Of a DNA stretch of 16,289 nt, positions 6,418-12,728 are shown piece by piece. Position 1 is the first letter of the stretch. Every line of letters begins with the position of its first letter. The notes below the pieces were generated by a model. That model was given only the letters and a program-made list of their open reading frames with translations, was not told where the DNA came from and made no database searches. The translations under genes were made by a program, and so were the position numbers. The DNA is from a virus: IMG/VR virus record IMGVR_UViG_3300028920_000020, one strand, 5' to 3'.

Positions 6418-6447
6418 ATTTTAAGCCTTTTGATAACCAGTTGTCAA
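6418..6447 (-). promoter_or_regulatory. Minus-strand promoter TTGACA-18 nt-TAAAAT ending 5 nt before the ATG at 6412 (leaderless candidate)
   Basis: Minus-strand read: TGC-TTGACA-ACTGGTTATCAAAAGGCT-TAAAAT-AAGAT-ATG. The -35 lies in the imperfect palindrome TTGATAACCAGTTGTCAA (6430-6447). Confidence 0.5.
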
Positions 6448-6564
6448 GCACAAGCCTAAAAAGAAGCCCAAAACATAGTTTTCTCTATGGTGTTGAATAG
6501 GGTATTCCGTTTATCAGAAAATAGTATATAGCCAAAAAAGGCAATTAAAAATTTAGAAAAAATT

Positions 6565-6858
6565 ATGGAAGAAATAGAGAAAGACCACTTTACCACCACG
6601 GATGTTTCCACGGCTTCGGCTTTGTTGGCGACTGGAAAAGTTTTGTTTGACGGCTTGAAAGAATCAGGAAATGGCAGAAAGAATATATGTCTAACCCCCA
6701 GACAGACAGCTTTGGAGCTTTACAGCGACTACAGGAGAGGGGAATTGATGGTAAACGCCAGTGACAACGGCCGATGGGTACAGAAGTTGAAGAAAGAAAT
6801 ATTTGGAGGAATCAGTAGTTTAAGAAATGGAGGCCAAGATGGTGAAATCGAAATCTAA
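6565..6858 (+). CDS. Small protein, 97 aa, DUF5659-like
   Basis: The pattern F-T-T-x-D-x-x-x-A-S-A-L-L-A-x-G...NICLTP...YRRGELMVNA...LKKEIF resembles the DUF5659 family common in phage and metagenomic elements. This comes from recollection only. Confidence 0.45.
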   Translation: MEEIEKDHFTTTDVSTASALLATGKVLFDGLKESGNGRKNICLTPRQTALELYSDYRRGELMVNASDNGRWVQKLKKEIFGGISSLRNGGQDGEIEI

Positions 6859-7483
6859 ATTTACACAAATTCCCAACGATATAATCGAAGCTTTGTGCCG
6901 GACTAATCTAACAGCCACCGAGCTTTCCATAGCTTTTATTGTATTGAGAATGACCTATGGTTATCAAAGAAAATCCAGCGAAATCAGTATCAGTTACCTG
7001 ATGAAAGCGACAGGAAAATCACGCCCTTCAATTACTAAAATGACCAATCAACTAGTTAAGAAGGCGATACTAGTTAAGCAGACTTTACTAGGTAGAACTT
7101 CAAAACTAGGTATTAACCCAAACATAGGGCAATATTCGCATACTAGTAAAGTAGACGATACTAGTAAAGTAGACGATACTGAACTAGTTAAGCAGACTTT
7201 ACCCAATAAAGAAATAAATAAAGAGAGAAAGAAAAAGAATCGCCATTTGAATAAGCAAGACATGGAGAAGATTGCCAACGACTTACGTGTGGTGGTGACG
7301 ACGGTAGAGTATGAATACCAAAAAATGCTTGATTGGCTGGCGTCAACTGGCAAGGTGCGAAAAGATTACGTTGCGACACTCCGAAACTGGATAAGGCGAG
7401 GGATGGAGGATGGCCGAATTAAACCAATTAAAAGTTATGAGGAGCAAGTCCGGGACGAAAACCCAGACATAAAAATTATATGA
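6839..7483 (+). CDS. Lambda O-like (Phage_rep_O N-terminal domain) replication initiator, ~214 aa
   Basis: FTQIPNDIIEALCRTNLTATELSIAFIVLRMTYGYQRKSSEISISYLMKATGKSRPSITKMTNQLVKKAIL matches the Rep-O wHTH signature. The ORF-track start is 6827, but ATG 6839 has GGAGG 5 nt upstream. The gene contains iterons internally. Confidence 0.8.
   Translation: MVKSKSKFTQIPNDIIEALCRTNLTATELSIAFIVLRMTYGYQRKSSEISISYLMKATGKSRPSITKMTNQLVKKAILVKQTLLGRTSKLGINPNIGQYSHTSKVDDTSKVDDTELVKQTLPNKEINKERKKKNRHLNKQDMEKIANDLRVVVTTVEYEYQKMLDWLASTGKVRKDYVATLRNWIRRGMEDGRIKPIKSYEEQVRDENPDIKII
7051..7240. repeat. Candidate origin of replication: five or more ACTAGT(T/A)AAG iterons followed by an A/G-rich, AT-rich tract, inside the initiator gene
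   Basis: ACTAGTTAAG at 7051, 7069 and 7183. ACTAGTAAAG at 7142 and 7160. A 20-mer ACTAGTTAAGCAGACTTTAC at 7069-7088 and 7183-7202. An 18-bp tandem TACTAGTAAAGTAGACGA at 7141-7158 and 7159-7176. AATAAAGAAATAAATAAAGAGAGAAAGAAAAAGAAT at 7205-7240. Confidence 0.65.
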
Positions 7484-9111
7484 AGCCAATAGATTACGCC
7501 AAAGCCTACCTACAACTAGGCTGGTCACTTATACCAATTAAGCCAGATACCAAGACACCGCCTATAAAATGGGCAGAGTATTGCGACACCAAAGCTACAA
7601 TTTTTGAAGTAGAGGAATGGTTGAGCAAAGGATGGTGGTTAGCAGTCGTCACCGGTGATATATCGGGATTGGTGGTGGTAGACGACGACAGGATTAAACA
7701 CAACCTCAAAGAGTGGGGCTTTGATTCTCCTGTAGTAGCCAAAACCCAAAGTGGCGGAAAGCATTACTACTTCAAATATGACCGAGAGATACACAGCCAC
7801 CAAAACCACGAGATTTTTGTTGACCTCAAAGGCTGGCATAGTTATTGCCTATTACCTCCATTCAAGGGTAGAACATGGATCAAGTCGCCAACCAAGAACA
7901 TCGACAAACTCAAACCTTTATCAGATGAGATTGTCAGATTGCTCAATTCCGACAAAAAGGAGCAAAACAGCGACCCCCTAAGAATGGCGGATTTTGTTGA
8001 CATACCCGATGGCAGTCGAACAGATAGTCTTTATCGGATAGCCATGTCTACCTTCCAAAAAATGCCAAAGGATGACGCTTTGAGAGTATTGGCAGGAGTC
8101 AATGCCACCTACAACCCACCACTGACAGAAAAAGAGTTTAAGTATCAAACCTCAAGGGCATTGCAGAAAGTAACCATCGGGACAAAAGTCCCAGTGGTTG
8201 CACGGGACAATAGTTCCACGCAGAAAACTCCATCCGTTATCTATTCAAAAATGTCAGACACCGAGATTGACGATTATGAGACTAGACCCTATCTCCCGGT
8301 AGGATTATCAAAACTAGACAGGGAGTTTCCGTTTCCGTCTGGTTGGTATGTGATTTTAGGCAACCCCGGAAGTGGCAAAAGTTTCATGTCATTGTGGATG
8401 GCTCGTCAGTTCTTTGTGAAGCACAAGAAAAAAAGTGTTTTATTCACCTTGGAGATGTCAGAAGAAGCCTTGAGACCACGGATAATGCAATCGTGGAGTG
8501 ACTTAACCTTGGATCAGTACAGGGGAGGAGTTGACACTAGGAGAGCAAAAGAGCTGATGAAAAAAGACGCCCTTGAGATTTACCCTTTTGGACAGGCCGA
8601 TTCGAGTTATCAAACTCCTGCTAATTTCAAAAAGGACTTTGAGGAGTATTACCAAAAAGGGATCAGGGTGTTTTTCTTCGACCACTTTCACGAACTAGAG
8701 GGAACGACAGACAATAACACTAATCCCCAAGTAACCGAAGCATGGAGTAAAACCTTCGGCGATATATCCAAAGAATATGACGACGTGTGGTTGTTTGTAT
8801 TCGCCCAACCAAACAAAGGCGGAGCAAGAAAAACCATATTGAGGAGAGAAGATGTAGGCGGATCGGGCAAGCTAACCCAGAAATGTGATTTTGTCTTATC
8901 AATTAACCGAAAGGTAAAGAATGGATTAGGAGGAGAGGTGGAAGTAATAAGCGAAGACAGAAGTGTCATTTTATACGTTGACAAATCAAGATTCTTTGAT
9001 CGCACGCACTTTGGTATCAGGCTTCACTTCGACGACACAGGAAATTTTAGAGATCCCAACGAACCACCCACACCGCAAGAGTCGGGATTTAATCGTTCAT
9101 ATAAAGACTAG
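7480..9111 (+). CDS. Bifunctional primase-polymerase (Prim-Pol) / DnaB-like (RecA-fold) replicative helicase, 543 aa
   Basis: N-terminal Prim-Pol motifs: GWSLIPIKPDTKTPPIKW, GLVVVDDD (metal-binding acidic motif) and TQSGGKHYYF. C-terminal Walker A LGNPGSGKSF and Walker B VFFFDHFHEL. ATGA overlap with the initiator gene. Confidence 0.85.
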   Translation: MKPIDYAKAYLQLGWSLIPIKPDTKTPPIKWAEYCDTKATIFEVEEWLSKGWWLAVVTGDISGLVVVDDDRIKHNLKEWGFDSPVVAKTQSGGKHYYFKYDREIHSHQNHEIFVDLKGWHSYCLLPPFKGRTWIKSPTKNIDKLKPLSDEIVRLLNSDKKEQNSDPLRMADFVDIPDGSRTDSLYRIAMSTFQKMPKDDALRVLAGVNATYNPPLTEKEFKYQTSRALQKVTIGTKVPVVARDNSSTQKTPSVIYSKMSDTEIDDYETRPYLPVGLSKLDREFPFPSGWYVILGNPGSGKSFMSLWMARQFFVKHKKKSVLFTLEMSEEALRPRIMQSWSDLTLDQYRGGVDTRRAKELMKKDALEIYPFGQADSSYQTPANFKKDFEEYYQKGIRVFFFDHFHELEGTTDNNTNPQVTEAWSKTFGDISKEYDDVWLFVFAQPNKGGARKTILRREDVGGSGKLTQKCDFVLSINRKVKNGLGGEVEVISEDRSVILYVDKSRFFDRTHFGIRLHFDDTGNFRDPNEPPTPQESGFNRSYKD

Positions 9112-9238
9112 TGAAATTATTATCCCATCCCCTTTACTACATCGGCAGAACCCTTGTCCTAATCGGTGACTGGTTTATTACCCAGAGTGTCCGGGTATGT
9201 TGGAAAGCTATCGACAAATTAAAAATTAAAAAAGATAT

Positions 9239-9499
9239 ATGAAATATCAAAACGTAGGTGCGGGCTGGACTAACACCTCAAAAAAGACCGGCCGAAAGTT
9301 TATTGGTTTATCTTTCAACGACGGAGTAATAGACGCAATTCTAAAAGAGGATTTGCAGAAAAAAATATGTCTATTCCGAGCTGATAAGAAGACGGAATCA
9401 AGCCCTGATTTCAACATCAGCGCCCCCATGCCAGACAGTTATGTTCCGGCTTACCAGAAGCCCAAGGCGGTCGAGGAAGATGGGGAGTTGGGAATATGA
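9239..9499 (+). CDS. Small protein, 86 aa, DUF736-like with an acidic C-terminal tail
   Basis: GAGWTNTSKKTGRKFIGLSFNDG resembles the DUF736 core (G-A-A-W-x-K-T-S-x-x-G-x-x-Y-L-S-V-K-L-D-D), and SSPDFNI resembles its APDYRI motif. The tail is EEDGELGI. From recollection only. Confidence 0.4.
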   Translation: MKYQNVGAGWTNTSKKTGRKFIGLSFNDGVIDAILKEDLQKKICLFRADKKTESSPDFNISAPMPDSYVPAYQKPKAVEEDGELGI

Positions 9500-9576
9500 A
9501 ATTTTTTTTTCTAAAACTAACCGTGGCTTACGTCTTGGCACTTTTAGGCTTTTTATTTATTGCCGTCAAACTATGA
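9496..9576 (+). CDS. 26-aa single-pass membrane peptide (MKFFFLKLTVAYVLALLGFLFIAVKL), ATGA-coupled to the upstream gene
   Basis: ATG 9496-9498 overlaps the TGA stop 9497-9499. GGGGAG lies 8-13 nt upstream. The core is entirely hydrophobic, with stop TGA at 9574-9576. Confidence 0.4.
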   Translation: MKFFFLKLTVAYVLALLGFLFIAVKL

Positions 9577-9719
9577 CACCGCAAGGGAGAATTATCACGC
9601 CCAAAGTCTGGCAGAGAATGAGAGAGGAGTGGTTGAAAGGAAAAATCACACCTCCCTCTTTCATGGCCTCAAATGCAAGTTTACCCATTCAACCGAGTTG
9701 CAAACCCTTTTCCATATAA
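9573..9719 (+). CDS. Possible 48-aa ORF (MTPQGRIITPKVWQRMREEWLKGKITPP...), ATGA-coupled to the membrane peptide
   Basis: ATG 9573-9575 overlaps TGA 9574-9576. This is the tail of ORF-track entry 9441..9719. No motif recognised. Confidence 0.25.
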   Translation: MTPQGRIITPKVWQRMREEWLKGKITPPSFMASNASLPIQPSCKPFSI

Positions 9720-9732
9720 GCCAAACTACACT

Positions 9733-9966
9733 ATGAGCAAATCAACTACTTATCAAGTCAATATTACTTTTCGACCAACCCAGGCTGAAACGCTAAAAAA
9801 ACAAGCGGAAGCAGAGGGGCGGAGTTTGAGTAATCTCGTTAGACACATCTGTGACAATTATTTACGGGAGAGGAAACAGCTGTTACTGCCTACCTCTCCC
9901 ACCACGGAGGGAGGGGGGAAAGGATCGCAATACAATCCAGCCACCCCCTTCTCCCCGACCTTATAA
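9733..9966 (+). CDS. Ribbon-helix-helix (CopG/Arc/MetJ-type) DNA-binding protein, 77 aa
   Basis: From internal ATG 9733, YQVNITFRPTQAETLKKQAEAEGRSLSNLVRHICDNYL is a textbook beta-strand/helix/helix RHH pattern. The tail is P/T/G-rich and looks disordered. Confidence 0.7.
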   Translation: MSKSTTYQVNITFRPTQAETLKKQAEAEGRSLSNLVRHICDNYLRERKQLLLPTSPTTEGGGKGSQYNPATPFSPTL

Positions 9967-9978
9967 ATTAAAAAAATT

Positions 9979-10266
9979 ATGAAAAAGAAAAACAACACTT
10001 GTGACATTTGTCAGAAGAACGAATGGAATTTTATGGTGACATTCTATAACGGCCAAACGGCTAAAATTTGCCTTGATTGTTACCCCATCTTTAGAGAAGT
10101 GAATAACAACCTGATGGTGAAAGACTATCATCAAAAACTCAAAGACATTCGAGACGGCAAGCCCCCCCGTAAAAAGATGACAAAAAAACAAATCAAGCAA
10201 ATTGACGCTGAAATTGAAAAAGAATTTGGGAAAAAGTTAATTGATGAAATCAAAAATGAAGCATAA
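9979..10266 (+). CDS. Zinc-ribbon protein 1 of a tandem triplet, 95 aa
   Basis: CDIC-x19-CLDC followed by a K/E-rich helical tail. Confidence 0.6.
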   Translation: MKKKNNTCDICQKNEWNFMVTFYNGQTAKICLDCYPIFREVNNNLMVKDYHQKLKDIRDGKPPRKKMTKKQIKQIDAEIEKEFGKKLIDEIKNEA

Positions 10267-10537
10267 GTTTTCAAAATGCCACGGCTGTAAAAAACGTTTC
10301 AGGACTGTTCATCTATGGAAGTCTAATCACCCCCTTGCCGCCCCAGCTAAGTTTTTTTGCGAAGCCTGCTGGATGGAGAAGACGGGTATCAACGTCAAAA
10401 TGTTGCTGAGGTATTACGGCTTTGCTAAGAAAAAAGGCAGTACCGAGTATTTAGGCAAGATTTACGACAATAGCACTGATTACGAAAAATATAAGTTCAT
10501 TGAAGCAATAGGGGAGGAGTCAAATGTCGCTATGTGA
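10244..10537 (+). CDS. Zinc-ribbon protein 2 of a tandem triplet, ~97 aa
   Basis: CHGC-x22-CEAC. The ORF-track start at 10241 is a TTG and the first ATG is at 10244. Overlaps the previous gene by 23 nt. Confidence 0.6.
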   Translation: MKSKMKHKFSKCHGCKKRFRTVHLWKSNHPLAAPAKFFCEACWMEKTGINVKMLLRYYGFAKKKGSTEYLGKIYDNSTDYEKYKFIEAIGEESNVAM

Positions 10538-11096
10538 AGTTTGTAAAATTAAGAAACCAGCCAGCCTGATTTTTGATCATACAGGGACTAGACACGCTGT
10601 TTGTGACAAATGTCGACCACAGATTACCGTTCATGCAATTCTTGCAGAGATGGCTATTCAAAAATCTTTTCTTGAAGAAAAACTTTTTAAATATATCCAA
10701 TATCTCAAAGAAAACCCTCATTCCCAAAACACATACCAAATATCACAAAGCTTCAACGAAGATTTCGAAACGATGATGTCTCGATTAAGTCAAATTATCC
10801 TTGTCAAACATTTTGGCAGAGTGGCAAAATCCGATCAGGGATGGATTCAGCCCGATGTCCCACTTCCGGTCATAAAACCCAAAACCAAGCCTAAAAAGAC
10901 AAAAAAACCCCTTGTTAGCGACGATTTAAAGCCCAAAAAAACCAAGCCTAGTACAAAATTACCTAAAAAAGACAAGGAATTATTACACGCCGACAGGGAA
11001 ACTAAACCCAAAGCTAAAAAGACACCCAAAAGCAACAAATATAATCTTACAGATTCAACAAAAAAGACATGGCAAAGAGCAAACAAAAAAACTTAG
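10524..11096 (+). CDS. Zinc-ribbon protein 3 with a long K/P-rich low-complexity tail, 190 aa
   Basis: CEVC-x19-CDKC with GGAGGAG SD 4 nt upstream. The C-terminal third is KPKTKPKKTKKPLVSDDLKPKKTKPSTKLPKKDK...KPKAKKTPKS, resembling a histone H1-like tail. Confidence 0.7.
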   Translation: MSLCEVCKIKKPASLIFDHTGTRHAVCDKCRPQITVHAILAEMAIQKSFLEEKLFKYIQYLKENPHSQNTYQISQSFNEDFETMMSRLSQIILVKHFGRVAKSDQGWIQPDVPLPVIKPKTKPKKTKKPLVSDDLKPKKTKPSTKLPKKDKELLHADRETKPKAKKTPKSNKYNLTDSTKKTWQRANKKT

Positions 11097-11602
11097 GGGG
11101 CAGGCCTTCCAAGTACAAACCAGAATATTGCGATCAAGCTATTAAATATTTCAACATTGAGCCTCATTTTGAGACACCAGTTGAGACACAAAAAAAAGGC
11201 GTCGTCGAGACAAAGATTAAATTTATCCCAGCAGATCTTCCAACACTTGCCGGCTTTGCTAAAAAGATCGGTGTTTCCAAAGATACTTTGAATGAATGGC
11301 GTAAGGTATACCCAAAGTTTTCCGTTGCTATTAAAAAGGGAAAGACCGCCCAAGAGCATATTTTGATCACAAACGCCCTAAAAGGTGGCTACGCCCCGGC
11401 CTTCTCTATTTTCTTTGCCAAGAACAACATGGGATGGAAAGATAAACAGGAGCAGTCAGTAAACATGACCGTTTCCCCTTACGACAACCTATCAGATGAT
11501 CAGCTTGACGAGGTGTTAGAGAAGAAGTTCGGTGAATGGCAGGCAGATAAGAAACGATCAAAACAATTATTAGAATCTAAACAGGAGGCAATCAATGGAT
11601 AA
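11069..11602 (+). CDS. terS: Small terminase subunit, HTH type (Sf6 gp1-like), 177 aa
   Basis: The N-terminal GGRPSKYKPEYCDQAIKYF, then LAGFAKKIGVSKDTLNEWRKVYPKFSVAIKKGK (HTH), then FFAKNNMGWKDKQE. Together these match the conserved GRP-x-x-Y-x-PE ... W ... F ... and LKN...W+DK pattern of this TerS family. Confidence 0.7.
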   Translation: MAKSKQKNLGGRPSKYKPEYCDQAIKYFNIEPHFETPVETQKKGVVETKIKFIPADLPTLAGFAKKIGVSKDTLNEWRKVYPKFSVAIKKGKTAQEHILITNALKGGYAPAFSIFFAKNNMGWKDKQEQSVNMTVSPYDNLSDDQLDEVLEKKFGEWQADKKRSKQLLESKQEAING

Positions 11603-11837
11603 CACATTAAAAGCTTTACTTGAAGCCTTGGAGGTTATGGCCAGTCGTAAGCAGGTATGGATTGTTAGTTACGATAAGAAAACCAATAGTGCGGTCACCG
11701 AAGATGGCAGACCCTTTAATCCGCTAATCGCACTATTCGATTGTCTAGTGGTTTATAAGTCCGACATACCCCTCAATGTCTTAAAAGAATTACAAGACAA
11801 ACAAGAGTTTTTTATTAACAAATTACAAATTAAATAA
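11595..11837 (+). CDS. Hypothetical protein, 80 aa
   Basis: AGGAGG SD at 11583-11588. Overlaps the terS stop by 8 nt. Confidence 0.6.
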   Translation: MDNTLKALLEALEVMASRKQVWIVSYDKKTNSAVTEDGRPFNPLIALFDCLVVYKSDIPLNVLKELQDKQEFFINKLQIK

Positions 11838-11842
11838 ACAAT

Positions 11843-12271
11843 ATGCCAAACAAAAACAACACAAAAACACCTCTAACTACAGAGCAACAGATTCACGCCA
11901 ACGAGTTAAGCCGATCCACTGTCACCGGCTTCAAAGACGGCCAATTTATTAGAGAAGATGTGGCCACTCGCTTCGAGAGACAAAGAAACGAAGCCAAAGC
12001 CATGACAAACAAAAAGCACAGTTGGAAACAGGTTAAAACTCAACGCCAGTTGAACATGGAGGAAAGAGCCAAGGAGAGCCAATCTTTTTATGATTTAAGA
12101 CAGGCGAGACAAGAGCAAGCCCAATCCGCCCTTGATAGATTAGCCAAGCAAGTAAAGTCCGAGATCCCCACACCCAAGGCGTCAGTCATGAATGCAAAGG
12201 AACGCCCGGCAAATTATGAATATTTGTCAGATACAGAAAAGAGACTTATTGATTCAGCATTAAAACAATGA
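11843..12271 (+). CDS. Hypothetical protein, 142 aa, charged and helical
   Basis: Closed ORF in an operon context. Q/R/E/K-rich central region. Confidence 0.6.
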   Translation: MPNKNNTKTPLTTEQQIHANELSRSTVTGFKDGQFIREDVATRFERQRNEAKAMTNKKHSWKQVKTQRQLNMEERAKESQSFYDLRQARQEQAQSALDRLAKQVKSEIPTPKASVMNAKERPANYEYLSDTEKRLIDSALKQ

Positions 12272-12504
12272 CCAACCCAAATCCTATTTCACCATCGACA
12301 ATCATGACCGAGAACGCCGTTTTAGAACGTCTTGATATTATCCAAGATCAGTTTGCACATTCATCTAACGATGTTCAGGCACGATTAGACGAACAGAAAC
12401 TAATTCATGATTTTATCAGGGCTTTAACAATCCCCGGTGGAGTAAGAGAACCTAAGAAATGTGCCGAAGCTTTGGTTGAAAGCACACATTTCATCAACAT
12501 ATAG
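12268..12504 (+). CDS. Hypothetical protein, 78 aa
   Basis: ATGA overlap with the upstream gene. Confidence 0.55.
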   Translation: MTNPNPISPSTIMTENAVLERLDIIQDQFAHSSNDVQARLDEQKLIHDFIRALTIPGGVREPKKCAEALVESTHFINI

Positions 12505-12575
12505 ACAGGACACCTTACGGACACTAAATAGAAAAATAGGTGGATAACCCCCCAGTCATATTTTTAAGCTAGGGT

Positions 12576-12728
12576 ATGACTAAATCAAAAGTATTTCGAA
12601 TCATATCGCTTAAAGGTTCAGCTCCGGATGCCCCAATTAAAAAGGGTTTACCAAGCAAGAAACATTTAGCTTTTCTAGCAAAACAAAACCGCAACCCGAA
12701 GAAACAATTTCCAGAGGGAGGTAAATAA
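12576..12728 (+). CDS. Possible 50-aa basic protein (MTKSKVFRIISLKGSAPDAPIKKGLPSKKHLAFLAKQNRNPKKQFPEGGK)
   Basis: Below the ORF-track cutoff. Its TAA (12726-12728) overlaps the ATG of the 444-aa gene as TAATG, which would fill an otherwise 223-nt gap. Confidence 0.35.
   Translation: MTKSKVFRIISLKGSAPDAPIKKGLPSKKHLAFLAKQNRNPKKQFPEGGK

Noticed and set aside
7141-7176. The exact 18-bp tandem duplication could be a CRISPR or VNTR-like array.
   Set aside because: There are only two adjacent copies with no spacers, and they lie inside a coding region and form part of a larger iteron set. It is interpreted as origin repeats.
7048-9005. A series of minus-strand ORFs (7048..7353, 7188..7379, 7343..7528, 7506..7742, 7639..7839, 8503..8691, 8688..9005, 8720..8902) and the + strand ORFs 7751..7981 and 8963..9169.
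   Set aside because: All are antisense to, or out of frame within, the Rep-O-like and Prim-Pol/helicase genes, which have clear family motifs. They are shadow ORFs.
9441-9719. The 92-aa ORF from the track taken as a single gene.
   Set aside because: Its first third lies inside the 9239..9499 gene in another frame and has no start context. The region is better explained by ATGA-coupled small ORFs at 9496..9576 and 9573..9719, although these are themselves tentative.
10530-11370. ORFs 10530..10739(-), 10573..10776(+), 10847..11086(-), 11093..11359(-) and 11164..11370(-).
   Set aside because: They are embedded in or antisense to the third Zn-ribbon gene and terS. The K-rich coding strand generates F/L-rich antisense frames.
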